Source: Eledone cirrhosa
Taxonomy: Eukaryota
NCBI GenBank assembly: GCA_964016885.1
Contig: OZ024742.1
Coordinates: 125,550,001 to 125,614,000 of the forward strand
Length of the DNA: 64,000 bases
Direction of reading: 5' to 3'
Every line of letters begins with the position of its first letter. Positions within the stretch are counted from its first letter, which is position 1. Below, piece by piece: positions 1-13,389 of this stretch. A program made the position numbers and the translations under genes. The notes beneath the pieces are model-generated. The model ran no database searches, was not told the DNA's origin, and saw nothing but the letters and a program-made list of their open reading frames with translations.

Positions 1-660
1 GAGAGAAAGATATGCAGGGGTTGGAGTAATAGGAGAGAGTGGTTTGTAGATATCTTAATCAAAATGTTATGGTAGGGGTTTTATTATACTAGTCACTCTT
101 AGAGCGACCACCTTAAGCGATGCGTTGATAGTCAATGTTGGAATTATTTATTGGCCCAGAGGGCAGGTTCATAGATGTGGAGAGGGAGGGAGGTAGGACA
201 AAGGCGAGAGAGAGAGTGGAATGGATATCACTCCAACCCCTGCATATCTTTCTCTCTCTTCCTCTCCCCTACTTTTCTCTCTTCCTTTTCTACTCTATCT
301 TCTCCAACAACCCCACTTAAGGGTATTTACATCGTACATTTTAACCATTCTGCTCTGATGATACAGTGGTCACAGCATTTGATATTTGAGTTTTGCAAAT
401 AGTTGTAAATTTGCACATAGCATAACTAGGCTGTATAACCACCGTGGAAACATTTGTAAGCACACGGAATAAAAAACCTTTTTATGATGTCTACCTGTTA
501 TTATTCATTCTTTATCTACACTCCGGAATACAGAAGGATCAGGAACTAAGTTTCTTCAACAATTCTTCCATAACTCGTTGAGTAACCTCTCACCGTACGT
601 CAACCATATCCAGTGTAGTAATTAACCATTACTGGATCTAGGATAATCCTATACCTAATA
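1..660 (+). mobile_element. PLE-type terminal repeat (pLTR) fragment with inverted 5' copy running off the window edge
   Basis: 1-27 is the reverse complement of 230-256; contains an HHR at 351-462 and ends near a TA-rich tract. Confidence 0.5.
351..462 (+). ncRNA. Type I hammerhead ribozyme with extended stem II
   Basis: TGCT-CTGATGA-tacagtggt...accaccgtg-GAAA-C-attt-GTA-AGCA; stem I TGCT/AGCA, GUA cleavage triplet. Confidence 0.7.
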
Positions 661-734
661 TATTATACATATATATAACTTTCACATATATAACTTTCAT
701 TTCACGATTGTGAATACAATTCTCTTACTACTCA

Positions 735-935
<201 letters not shown>

Positions 936-1084
936 TAGGTGACATATATCATATTGTAACGAAGGTTCTGTCTGTTTTGTAAGGCTTAATAAAACAATCA
1001 AAAGCACATAGACTGTTTTAATCGTTAATTTAGTTACTATTCTTTTCTATGATCTCTCTCCATCTGTCTATAAGCTTTTTAATG

Positions 1085-1600
1085 CCACGTTCATAAAATT
1101 ATTTGGGTTTTCAACTAAAAGAAGGTAACTAACTCATTTTCGATTTCCACTTTTGTAGTAAGGCACAATTCACTCAAATGATTTTGCAAACTTCCAAAAA
1201 GATGGTAATCTGTTCTCAGGAGGCCCGGGGAATGTGGTGGGTGAACTATAAATTGCCAGGGACATTTTTCTAGGAGATCTTTCGGCTTTTGTACAGTGTG
1301 ATGTCTAGCATTATCATGATGATGGATGACTTCTTTTCTGTTTATTAATGACTGCCGATTTTGCTGCACACTGCTTTCAAACATCTTAGCTGTTGGCAAT
1401 AGATTTCGGCTGCTATTGTTTGATTATCGCCTAGCAGCTCATGATGAATTATTCCCATCATATCCCACCACGCACACACAAAATAATCTTTTTTGGATGC
1501 TGGTCACTTCTGGGCTACTGAGCTGGCTCTTCACCTCAACTGAGCTACTGACTTCATCGTTTAACATTATGATAAAGTATCCATTTCTGATCTCATAACT
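1085..1600 (-). pseudogene. Decayed mariner (DD34D) transposase fragment
   Basis: ORF 1115..1399 has HHDNARHH and PPHSPGL..TDYHLFGSLQNHL, matching the mariner HDNARPH / YSPDLAPSDYHLF motifs. Confidence 0.85.
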
Positions 1601-1694
1601 AAATCAATGCTATTAGAGTTTATTTAAGAACAAGATAATATACTTTACTAGGGTATATGACGGATCTAAGAAAATATTAAATACATATATCATT

Positions 1695-2090
1695 CGCCAC
1701 TAAACTATATATAATATCTGTCTCTAAACTACATATACTATCCGACACTAAACTACATATACTATGAGACACTAAACTACATATACTATGAGACACTAAA
1801 ATACATATACTATAAGACACTAAGCTATCCTTTTCTACCTACATATACTATTTGTTTCTAAACTGCATATAATATCTGTCTCAAACTACATATGCTATCT
1901 GTCTCTAAACTACATATAATATTTGTCTCTAGATTATATATAATATCTGACATTAAACTAAATATTCTGTCTGCCACTAAGCAACATATGCTATCTGTCT
2001 CTAAACAATATATCCTATCTGTCTCTAAACTACATATACTATCTCTCAATAAACAACATATACTATCAGACACTAAACTACATATATCAC
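1695..2090. repeat. Degenerate 24-bp minisatellite (ACTAAACTACATATACTATGAGAC-like)
   Basis: Tandem units visible; gives the 8-aa periodicity in ORF 1858..2109. Confidence 0.85.
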
Positions 2091-2689
2091 CTGCCAATAA
2101 AATAACCAAACATTAATAAGCAAATATTATATTCAGACTACGAGTATGAAGGAAAGGAATGGAAAATTTAAGAGAAAAATTGAATTTTCCTTAAACCAAA
2201 ATAGCGTGTTGGAATTTAAAGCATTTCTTCAATATTTGTTTTATTTCATAGCGTATTGCCATTTGTATCAGATATTGTGTTAATAAATCGACTACAGAAA
2301 ACGAAAGTTTTTCTAACTACTTTTTTCCTTGTTTATCCAGTATATCGTGCTCAGTGACCAATTAAATAACTCTGCTATAGTAAATAAAATACAAGAAACA
2401 ATACTAAAACAGTAGTAACACCAACTGAAACAAAATCTCTTAAATCTTGTTAACTTGTCAAGATAGCAAAGATACAATAAATATATATTTAGGAGACAAC
2501 ACTTTCACGCCAAATCTTCTGTATACAAAGTTGCTCATTAATAATTAATAAATCAAAATGCAACACAACAGAAAGCAAATATCTGAAACCGTGACACATC
2601 TTTATCCTCTTGTCGTGTCCTCATCAACAGGGTTATCCACAACAAAACAATATTGGCTATGATCTAGGAGAGTGAGGTGGCTTACGCGA

Positions 2690-3123
2690 CATGGAATCAG
2701 TTCGGCATTCACCCTGTGAATATCCCCACCCCTCAAAACAAATAGAACGCCATCCTTTGCAACATGATTTCAGACGGGCTGGTGCGACGGCTCGACCAGA
2801 ACATTCTGGCATGTTTTCGCCCGGCCAACCGTCCCTACAGTGGTGCCTGTTTCAACGCAGTTCCATCGCTTGCGATTGGCAGTCAGCTGGATAGTGACAA
2901 CTTACGCATCGGTGTTTCACTGAGACTCGGTCTCTGCGTCTGTGAGCCTCAGAAATGCCACTGCAGTACCACTGTGGATCCTTTCGGTCTCCACCCACTG
3001 TCATACTGTTACAGCGCTAGCCATCTCTTACGCCATGCTGCACTCAACGAGATCTTAAAGCATCGCTTCGACAGTAGAGGCTTTCCTTCCCAGTTTGAGT
3101 CAGTGGTTTCCAATCCTGCATGA
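2690..3123 (+). mobile_element. CRE-clade (RLE) non-LTR retrotransposon C-terminal fragment
   Basis: SGACFNAVPS..G..L....RIGVSLRLG...CHC....D.FGLH.LS.C...RHAALNEI zinc-knuckle region. Confidence 0.7.
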
Positions 3124-3189
3124 TGTGACTTAGATTTTGCGTTTGCACTTCTACATGCAAGACATGTTATATGGTATTGACTTTGTTAA

Positions 3190-3590
3190 TTAGACGATAA
3201 GGTAACTTCAGAAGCCCTCTACATTCCAGAACCACATCATGAGACTTATGACTGGCAAGCGGCTCAACGACCGTATCTGTTCAGTGAGCTGCTCAACATT
3301 ACCAAACTTAAACCAATTACATCAATTGCCAAGTCAAGAGTACTCAAACTATACGGCTATATAAAAAGATTAACTCGTGGTGTGAGTAAGTTATGCCTGG
3401 AAGGAAGGTTGGCTGGTAAGAGGAGCAGAGGCCGGCAATCAAAACGATGGTTTGACAATGTCAACTTATGGACTGGACTTGATCTTTGCTCTTTGAACTG
3501 CTGGTGATCGAAGTTTGTGGAGAGGGATATCACCTGTTAATGAGCAGTCTGCAACTGGCGGAGTTTAGCGTCACAAGAAAGAAAAAAAAA
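3190..3590 (+). mobile_element. RTE-like LINE 3' fragment
   Basis: Manual translation KSRVLKLYGYIKR..KLCLEGRLAGKRSRGRQSKRWFDNV..WTG. Confidence 0.7.
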
Positions 3591-4109
3591 TGTGAGATAT
3601 TCCTTCAGGTAACTATTAAACAAATATGGCTGACGTTAATTACACAAGATCTACTCCGTTGCAAGTATAACTATTGCTAAGCAAGTGTGTGCTGATGTGT
3701 AGGCACATACAATGTTCTGTATTTCTCATTAATATAAAAGGAATACTTTTGGTTCCTTTAAAATAAAGCCTAGTCTTCTCCAAGATATTTCATTGTATCC
3801 TATGTGGTATGTTCTTAATCTAAGTTCCCATAATCGGGTGGTCAATGCCGTTGTTCTTCTCACGTGTTGGTGTCAAAAACGACTCGATATTTAAGTAGTA
3901 CCGCTATAGATCGTTTAGTTGCGCTCGCATGTGGAAGTGCAAACACACAATCTAAGCCACATGCGGGCTTGGAAACCTATGGCAGTAATGAAAAGGTGTT
4001 GAAGATAACTATACTAAAGTATTCTAATTCTGTATTTTGCATAGAGCGGTCTCTGTTTCTTTTATCAGTTCTACGGAGACATTCAACACTACTTATATAT
4101 ATAAATATA

Positions 4110-4147
<38 letters not shown>

Positions 4148-4249
4148 TGTTTGTGTGTGTGCGTGTGTGTGTGTGTGAGTGTGTGTGTGTATGCGTGTGC
4201 GTGTGTGTGTGTGTATGTGAGTGGCTGTAAACATATGTATGAATGTATG

Positions 4250-4319
<70 letters not shown>

Positions 4320-4324
<5 letters not shown>

Positions 4325-4485
4325 AAAGTGTCAGGACCCCGACGGCTGAGCTCCGGCCATTTCGACAGCTAGATCTGAACAGAGTTCAGGTCCTGACTCT
4401 TTTCATATTACCTACTCTAATACCCTAAGTATCGAGTACTCTGGTGCGTTATGGTCCACCTGGTTCCTTACCACACTTCCTTCGT

Positions 4486-4487
<2 letters not shown>
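4320..4487 (+). mobile_element. Palindromic miniature element (HHR-half family), internally deleted copy
   Basis: Shares the tail TACCCTAAGTATYGAGTAC..GGTGCGTTATGG..CTGGTTCCTTACCACA..CCTTCGTTA with 5 other copies; flanked by (TA)n. Confidence 0.8.
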
Positions 4488-4519
<32 letters not shown>

Positions 4520-4849
4520 AAAATAGTGTGCAGCATCGACCCGCTAGCATTCATACGCACGTCTGGTGCTTTGTGAGTTTGCTTGATACGGCAATCACTG
4601 AAAAGGTCCCTGCGAGTGAGGTGCTGTGTTTACGTGTCACATTTTTATTTCACTCGATTCTACTGACAAGAATCTTCAGGTCTTGAATAGAGTGATAACT
4701 AGAGATGAACGTGAGTATACGTCCAATATTCAAATGCCAAATTTCAGTCAACATAATGGAAGTAGCAAACGTCACCAAAGGTTCAATAAAGGTGATGCTG
4801 GCTCTAATACCGAAACTGTTTATATCACGAATACGCACCAAAAGCTCTG

Positions 4850-5130
4850 TCTAAAAGGTTTGTCTCGAGCCTCTATGCTCATCAAGCCGGGGCTTATCCC
4901 ACTTTCTGTAGCGTTAAGCGACTGGGAGCATAAAATTCCACACTGTACATGACGCCATTCCATCACAGTGTTAAATCCCCAGCTATTACTGGTACTCGTT
5001 TGCAGTTCAATATACTGGTGCAACTTGAAATGTTTTGCTCAAGAACGCAACACACATCTCAGTCAAGATTCGAACCCATGCCATCGACATTATGATCATA
5101 AGTCCAACAACCTTCCCACTAGGCCAACAC
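4850..5130 (-). mobile_element. Degenerate tRNA-derived SINE (family 2)
   Basis: Minus-strand B box GGTTCGAATC and TTCTTGAGCAAAACA core similar to 30245 and 55815. Confidence 0.55.
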
Positions 5131-5199
5131 CTCCACAAAAACGTACTGTCACAAAGGCATATTATTAGGAAGTCATTTGAGGACTTTCTGATTCCGTTC

Positions 5200-5500
5200 G
5201 GTGTAAATGACTGGATCTGTCAACCACGCCAAACTGGCTGCTAATCAATGGTTTCGTGGCAAAGAAATACATTTCGCTCATTTGCCTGACTCTATGCTCT
5301 CCAGACCCAATTCCTTCTGACTTCTGATGACACTAAAAAGTTCGCACTTTGAGAGCTAAGTGAACATCAAAGGAACTTTTACTGGTAAGTTGAAGGCCAT
5401 TCCAGAGGAAGCATTCCAAATCTGCTTAGAATATTGGAATGATCGATTGGCTAAGCGTGTAATTCGAAGAAGGAGAGTAGCAATTGTACCCCATAAAATA
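5200..5500 (+). pseudogene. Mariner transposase C-terminal relic
   Basis: LKAIPEEAFQICLEYWNDRLAKRV resembles the mariner C-terminus IP.E.F..CF..W..R..KCV. Confidence 0.6.
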
Positions 5501-5556
5501 CGTATTTGTTTACACAGTCTATCAACCTTACACACACACACATATATATATATACG

Positions 5557-5609
<53 letters not shown>

Positions 5610-5653
5610 TTGTGTGTGCACATATATATATATATACATATATACACATACAC

Positions 5654-5717
<64 letters not shown>

Positions 5718-6149
5718 CAACCATTGACCTTAGGAAACGAAATCATATTCAATTCTACTACCGGGTAATGTAACATGATTTCACAGCCATATAGCCAAAG
5801 AAAACAAATGTGGTCTCTAATAAAATAAATAACAAAGATCATGTCACCACACCAGGTACTTTTAGAATGAAATTCGTTGCATTGAGTAAATACACAAAAT
5901 AGACACTCTAGAGCAATGTGTAACTATAGATGTAAGATATGAACTGAAAATTAAAATAAATACTACAAATGAAATAGCTCACGTAAATTGTTGTTTTTTT
6001 TTCATATAAAGAAATGTAAATAAGACAGAAAATACATCACTTGAGACACTTATCTGGACAATTCGAAAGTAAGATCTGATTGAAGACTAAAACTGGTAGA
6101 TTATCTATGTATGTTTCTCCTTCTCTTAAGTTCGAGTAAATATTTAACC

Positions 6150-8040
6150 GGCCACCTTCCTGGTGGCAATGTTGTAAAAGAAAAGAAATTGTCATACCTT
6201 GAATCGCAAGAATCTGGAAAATTACGAAGGTGCTAGCTATTGCAGCCATTTTTATTCTATGAATTAGGGAGCTGCGCTCTTTATTCACGAATCCAAGTTC
6301 AGTCATACTTTTTTCCAAGCTAGTTTGTATATAACCTGTAGCTGTAATAATGATGGGTATGAAGCTGAAGGTGTATCTTAGTTACTGGATCTGCAAACTC
6401 CCCATCTTTCCTTCTACTCCTGTATTTTTCTTACAACGTTGAAATTAAGTGGGCAGCTGATCTCCACAACATATCACGTTTTACATGTGTTTCACAAATA
6501 ACAATATCAGGCCGGTTGTGCTTTAATTTGGCGGCAGTTTTTATATTCAGGTTCAACCAGTATTCCTTTGTGCCATCTATCTCAACATATTCTTCCTCAT
6601 TTGTTTTTAATTTTGTTTTCTTAAGTGCGTTCCAGATGGTTCTAGCTATCACATCGTGTTTCATGGGGAGGTAGTAACGAGAAAATATCCTTTCGCAGTT
6701 GGCAACAATGTGGCTAACATCTTCGACCTTTGTTCTACATAGCCTACCTACATTTATTGTCGACTGATAGCCCTCCTCTTTTGTGTAGCAGATATTTGGT
6801 AGGGATTTTTTGTTCCTGTGTTGTATAGAGATATCCTTCAAGGTGGAATGTCATAAACTTTTCGGAACTCCATGCCAGGCCGTTTGAATGATTTATCCTC
6901 TCCATGGTCTGTGTTTTTCGTCTCAGGTACGCATGCACAACTTTCTCTGTAAATTGGTTCATTTTTTATGTTGTTCGAGCATTGAATAGGATCTTCCAAT
7001 GTCCCTGGGAGAGAGATTTATATCAGCCCTTATTCCATATCTCTCCCCCAGATCAGTGGCTGTGGATTGGCAGTATCGGTAGAGGATCGGATACCATGCT
7101 TTGACGCATAGAGGTACGGCCCTTGTCATTCTGAGTTCAAATCCCACCGAGGTTAACTTTGCCTTTCATCCTTACGGAGTCAATAGAATAAAGTACCAGT
7201 AATGCACTAGGTAATTGCTGGCCGTGTGCCAAATGTAGAAACAATGATTTCCTTCATGCTTATAAACCTGGGCTGACCTTTTTCTGGTTGCTGCCTTTTT
7301 CTTTTGTTGAAGATGTTTCTTCAGTGTTACTATCCGGGTCTCGTGGGATGATAATATGTATTTTAGACTCCGGCCCTCTTCCTTGCGTGAAAGTATAGCC
7401 TATCCACATCACCATTGATGGTAGAGTTTCCAGTAACACTGAGAAGCTTGCGAGTTCTTACATACATCTCACTTAGTTCTTGCAATGTTGGTGTTAGGAT
7501 TGGCACAGCATAAGTATGGTGGGCAATATATTTGTTGTGTGCTGATAGTTCTGATGACCACATTTTCTTTACTCTCCTGGGGTATTCAGTTCTGGTTCTC
7601 TCTTCGTTTATGGGTCCATCATATCTGACATTCTCATCCTTTCCAAGATATCTGTTGTCACCTGACTGTAGAAGCTGTATTGTGAAGCCATTTATCTCTA
7701 ATTTCCAGAGGAGAGCACAACCCTTCCATGTTTTACTGTCAAATATGCTCATTTGGACTCACCAAATTTCATCCTGATGTCTGCAGATAATTGTGTAATG
7801 AGGTCCAATTTGTTTTATATAGTTGGTATTTGGCCAATACAACTTCAGGTCATCAACAAAGAAATGATGGGAGATACGTCTGGACCAAATTCCATGACAA
7901 CTTTGTTTTGTGAAAAGTATGATAGTGGGTATAGTGAGAGGACGAAGAGCAGCACTGGTAAGCTATCACCCTGAAAAATTCCTTTCTGGCAGTGTATTTT
8001 CGGTAGGGATTTTACACATCTCTATACCCACTTTATACAC
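6150..8040 (-). mobile_element. R4/Dong-like RLE non-LTR retrotransposon, fragmented
   Basis: Minus strand QGDSL (~7970), HHFFVDDLKLY (~7840-7870), YLG..WSSELSAHNK, CRLC..KVEDVSHIVANC, KHD, NRPDIVI; interrupted by a SINE. Confidence 0.8.
7057..7245 (+). mobile_element. tRNA-derived SINE (family 1, octopus-type)
   Basis: B box GAGTTCAAATCC followed by the conserved GCCTTTCATCCTTACGG.GTC.ATA.AATAAAGTACCAG domain. Confidence 0.85.
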
Positions 8041-8071
8041 CCTATTACGAGTACATTGCACTGAAGCCATC

Positions 8072-8125
<54 letters not shown>

Positions 8126-8178
8126 GATGGTTATTACAATCATTGTTAAACTAATATCTAATATATATATATATATAT

Positions 8179-8577
8179 ATATATTAGTAAAAAGGAAAAG
8201 AAAATGCTGACAAATTTTTCCCAGTGAAAAATAGTTTAATTGTGAATAATAAGTTATAAATCAGTAATAAGTATTGGTTAGTATTCAGTTTTAGTTTTAA
8301 GTTTTTACCGGTTACACATTTCTAATGCTTTTCAAAAATAATTTTGAGATAGAACGCTCGTGATGTTTGCTCTAATCAGATTAGAGCAAACATCACGAGC
8401 GTTCTATCTCAAAATTATTTTTGAAAAGCATTAGAAATGTGTAACCGGTAAAAACTTAGAACTAAAACTGAATACTAACCAATACTTATTACTGATTTAT
8501 AACTTATTATTCACAATTAAACTATTTTTCACTGGGAAAAATTTGTCAGCATTTTCTTTTCCTTTTTACTAATATAT
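8179..8577. repeat. Near-perfect ~400-bp palindrome centred at 8378, inserted in (TA)n
   Basis: CTCTAATC-A-GATTAGAG centre; arms of about 200 bp; decayed HHR-like TTGAAAA-gcatt-aga-aatgt-GTAA-ccg-GTA at ~8417-8454. Confidence 0.9.
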
Positions 8578-8757
8578 CACAACTCGTGTGTCACACCTCT
8601 ATATTTTTAAATATATATATATATATATATATACAATTGCCGTATATAATCGTATTAATATTGCATATCTTTTCCTATTATGATACAAAATAACACCCTA
8701 CAATTTTCTAATGGACTTACAACCTACAGAACAAGGTTATGATATAATTCAAATAAT

Positions 8758-8943
8758 TGTTTCTACTTTAGGTACAAGGCCAGCAATTACCCAGTGCATT
8801 ACTGGTACTTTATTTTATCGACCCCGTAAGGATGAAAGGCAAAGTCAACCTCGGCGGGATTTGAACTCAGATCGTAAAGAGACGTAACTATGCTGGAAAG
8901 CATGGCGTCCGACCCTCTACCGATACTGCCAATCCACCGCCCT
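8758..8943 (-). mobile_element. SINE family 1 with target-site duplication
   Basis: Reverse complement of the 7057 family; TSD ATTCAAATAAT on both sides. Confidence 0.88.
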
Positions 8944-10124
8944 ATTCAAATAATGTATGGGAAATGGTGGTGTCACTGACCGACAGGTGCGATTTACATA
9001 CGAACATAGATGCTAATTGTTGTATAGATGTGAGATGGTTGAATGGTGAGTATGGTTGTGAACGGCTGCAGATGTAAGAACAGCACTGACATTATTTTAT
9101 TGATTTTACTTAACACATAGAAAAAAGGGCTTCTAACGAGTCAATCACTGCTACACTACATTTTCCAATCCGTGGCCAGAAATGTATATTCCTCTGATTG
9201 TCATAGCAACAAAAACAGATACGGACATCTCCTTTCTGTGACATTCTACCGCTACTACAATGACATATGCACCCCAGAGGTACTGTCGCTTCACTCATTT
9301 TTTCTCATTTTTATTCAACCATATTGTATCCAGCACCTAAGGCCCCGCCCGCACTAACAAGTACCACCAGTTATTCTGCCACCCAAGAACATTGTCTCTC
9401 TAAAAATCTATCATGCACAAGTTATTTCTGCAGGAGACGATGTGGCAAAAATTAAAACTGAATATCACCAGCATCAATCTCATTCATTTCGGTGAGAATG
9501 CGTATTTGAAGAGCACACATGATTCCTGCATATTTTGGGAAGTTGATACAAATGCTATTCTTTCCCACCACAACATCTGTTTTAAACCGTCAAAACAAAG
9601 ATACTAATATAAATATATATTATGCAGGCATATGTATGTGTCACTTATTTGTACAAATTCATTTCCTCCTGAGCAGTCATTCTAACCTTCTAACTTAAAT
9701 CATTTTATTTAGAAAAGATGCCCTGAATGGTTTTGATTTAGTCATCCCGCCAATATTAATCAATTCAGTTGATTTCATCCCACCACCCTTAATCACACCA
9801 CGCATCCTGATGCATTTCACTACAAACAACCAAATAATGTCACACGTGTTTGTTTTAATTCTATCCTCAATTTAATTTCATTTGGACATTTTACTATATT
9901 TTCACACTTAGTAAACCAGCACCAATCTGTCCTTAGACACATGTCATGAGTTTATTCATAGCTATAGCAAGGAGTGAAAGACCACTCAAACATTTCTGTA
10001 AAGGCGGAAATGCTGATCAAGAGCTTGAAGAATAGAGATTCGACAACTCCATATTGAAAAGCTCTTGATCAATAAAGAATAACAGCAATCAGATAAACCA
10101 TTCTCATATATATATATATATATA

Positions 10125-11034
10125 TTCCCTTTACCCCCTCTAACAGTCACTCTCTCTGCTAGCCTCTTCCTCACCTTTCACTCACTCACTCTCTGCTACT
10201 CCCTCTCCTACTTCCTCCCGTTTGACCTGTGCGAGATTCTTTCCTTGCTCACATTTCGACCAGGGTTGGTGGTCTTTATTCTCTCTCGTCCACGATTTCA
10301 CAGAACTTATGTTCATCGATTTCAGAGACTTGACTCCTTCTTCCCCACTTTTCGTTGCATTACCATCTTTGATTGTTTACAGTCTCGCTCGTTCCCCTTA
10401 TTTACGTGTCCCAACGACTTTCTTTAGCCGTTGCTTGCACCAACCGGAGGTATATGGTCTTTAAAGCGATGAAATACCAATGAAGGTTGGCAGATCACTG
10501 ATGAACGACTAAATTTATTCATATGTAACCCATTTGCAACCACGCAGCACGCCATGTTTTCATATTCATATATATATTTTCCTCCGTTGTGACCCGTCTG
10601 TTTCTTTCTTACTGCTTCCTCTTTTCTCTGTATCTCTCACTTCCCTTTACCCCCCTCTAACAGTCACTCTCTCTGCTAGCCTTTTCCTCACCTTTCACTC
10701 ACTCACTCTCTGCAACTCCCTCTCCTACTTCCTCCCGTTTGATGTGTTCGAGATTCTTTCCTCACGCACACTTTGGCCAGGTTGGTTGTTCTTTATTCTC
10801 TCTCGTCTACGATTTCACGGAACTTATGTTCACCGATTTCAGGGACTTGACTCCTTCTTCCTCACTTTTCGTTGCATTACCATCTTTGATTGTTTACAGT
10901 CTCGCTCGATCCCCTTATTTACGTGTCCCAACGACTTTCTTTAGACGTTGCTCGCACCAACCGAGGGTATATGGTCTTTAAAGCGATGAAAAACCAATGA
11001 AGGTTGGCAGATCACTAATGAAGGACTAAATGTA

Positions 11035-11040
<6 letters not shown>
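10125..11040. repeat. Diverged tandem duplication, unit about 517 bp, flanked by (TA)n
   Basis: Paralogous ORFs 10222..10464 and 10739..10981 are offset by 517; pyrimidine-rich. Confidence 0.85.
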
Positions 11041-11075
<35 letters not shown>

Positions 11076-11081
11076 GTATGC

Positions 11082-11522
11082 ATAGTATATACTGTATGTT
11101 TATTTTAAAACATTTTGAAGACCATTCGCTATGAAGTTTTTGAAGACCATTCGCTATGAGTTTTAAAGTAGTGAATATGTCATTTACTTTGTCTCGGCAA
11201 AAACAAAGGGAAGCAACAATTTCTAATTTTTGGTGGACCTGCAACTGCTCTGCTTAATCAGCTCTTAAACATCACTGGAATTCTATAAGAATCCAGCTTC
11301 TACAAGTCTCGGCAGAAGCGAAGGAATAAGCAATCTTGATAACCGTTAACAAACGAGAAACAGCTCTCAGTTGCTTCTCTTTGTTTTTGCCGAGATAAAG
11401 TAAGTGACATAGTCACTACTTTAAAACTCATAGCGAATGGTCTTCAAAATGTTTTTAAATAAACATACAGTATATTATCAAATATCCTATACATACATCG
11501 CTATTTCAGAGCACTGATACTA

Positions 11523-11526
<4 letters not shown>
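11082..11526 (+). mobile_element. Diverged relative of the 317-bp retrozyme-like unit, with inverted 5' segment
   Basis: 11085-11217 is inverted relative to 11371-11478; 11220-11520 aligns by eye to 55270-55580; decayed HHR TTGATAA-ccgtt-aaca-aacga-GAAA-cagctc-TC at 11328-11377. Confidence 0.7.
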
Positions 11527-11590
<64 letters not shown>

Positions 11591-13389
11591 TAATATACTG
11601 AGTTAATTCAATACATTAGAGTAGTTATTAACATTTAATGCATTGAGAGCAGAATGTATTAACTGAAAATAATTTATTTCACTTGACTGTACAACCATTC
11701 TTCAACTTTGTCGCATTTAATCAATATGATAAAAGCTTATATTGTGTCTATCAGACTTGGTATAACGAATCCAATATTTTTACTTTGGACTTTCTAATAT
11801 GTTAATACATTTTCAAGTTATTCCGATTTTAGTAGGGTGTTGTGTTGTGTAGTTTGTTTATATTGTAAAGAAGAACCATAAAATCAAGAATGCACCAGAC
11901 TGTTGTATGACTGATTACATAGAATCTGAAAAATCATTCGACAATTCGAGTATTTGATTAAATATTCTTAAATACTAAACGTCTCATAACGTACAACTCA
12001 CTCGCCAATTCATGAAGATGGAGACCTAGACTGAAGTCTTTGACACCTCAGACGCTGGATGAATTATTCATATCATATCATATATTTGATGTGAGCATAT
12101 TAATTTAGGAATTTCATCCTGCAGCTTTGATGTTGAATTGGCCAATTAAAAGAAGACGTATCTGAAATTGTTAAGGCTATGGAATAAACCAACTCAAATA
12201 CCTAGTCCGTACTAATATGCGAGTGCTAATAGTAATAAATTGTATTATCCAAGGCGTGAAGTCGGAGGGAAAACAGATGCCATGTTATAGTTTTCCGTTA
12301 TTTAGTTTTCGTCTCTACCTTTCAGTTCACTTGCCTTTAATCCATCTGAGAACAGTTGAATTGGTGAGAAAAATATAGCAAAGCCTACTAAATTAATTCC
12401 ATCCTTTCAATAAGAATGTTTAACCAACGGGAGAAATCAATATACAGTGTTCTACATAACCAAAGTGTTACACTCGCCTAACTCTAACTTCAATTATTTA
12501 ATATGCAGAATTGAATAGTTATTATTATTTTTTTTTTTACTGATTTAACGATTCTTATGTATTTTTCATTATTTTTGTATGCAGTACTTCTTCATTTCTT
12601 TTTCAGTTTTACATTAATTATATGAATTAATAGATTTCCACTATAATCTGCATAAAAAAATATGTTTCGTTTTAATTTCAGAAAATTATTGAAACATCAT
12701 TGATTACATTGAATATTTATATATGATATTTTATTCAACACAATAATACGATGCAATAATTGAGCCCGCTTTCGCTTCAAGATTCTATTAGTCGTTGCGT
12801 GATTTCCTAGAGGTTTATTTTAATTTGTGCGAGTACATTATTATTAAGCTGGTAGGTGGGTTGGTTGAAACGATCAAAACACCGGACAAACAATACTTGA
12901 TATAATTTTCTTTAAGCACAAGGGCAGTGTATTTGCATTAAAGGAAGAACAAAATGTGTTATGCTACCATTTTCTAGGCCACTGCGGAGAGAGAGAAGCT
13001 GTATGAACGGAACATTGAAATTAGATCACCGACTTCAATAATGGGTGAGTTTACAGAATAACTCGAAATGCTAGAAATAACAACTAAATCTCTTAAATCC
13101 TACTTCGATGGTTTGCTGTGTTTTCGAGGAATATTAAGGCGCATTGGATAGTACATATCTACACAAGCACCGTCTATAAAAGGTGGCATGGTCACGAGAT
13201 AAATGAACTTGATCATTGGCCTTTTTACAAAGAGTGACCTGTGATTAAACACTAAAAATAACGACGAGTTTATAATTAGCTTTACGGTACTAACGATAAT
13301 ATTATTTAGTGTTATTTTTATTTCTCTATGTGCTGAGTCAATATTCTACAATTTAAAAAAGTTTGTGTGTCAGTGAGAAAGAGTAGACA

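Noticed and set aside
1695-2090. Regular 24-bp periodicity as a CRISPR-like array or repeat protein
   Set aside because: Contiguous degenerate units without unique spacers; eukaryotic minisatellite
10014-10072. TGATCAAGAGC-TTGAAGA..GAAAA-GCTCTTGATCA as an HHR
   Set aside because: Stem I closes directly after GAAA, leaving no stem III or NUH site
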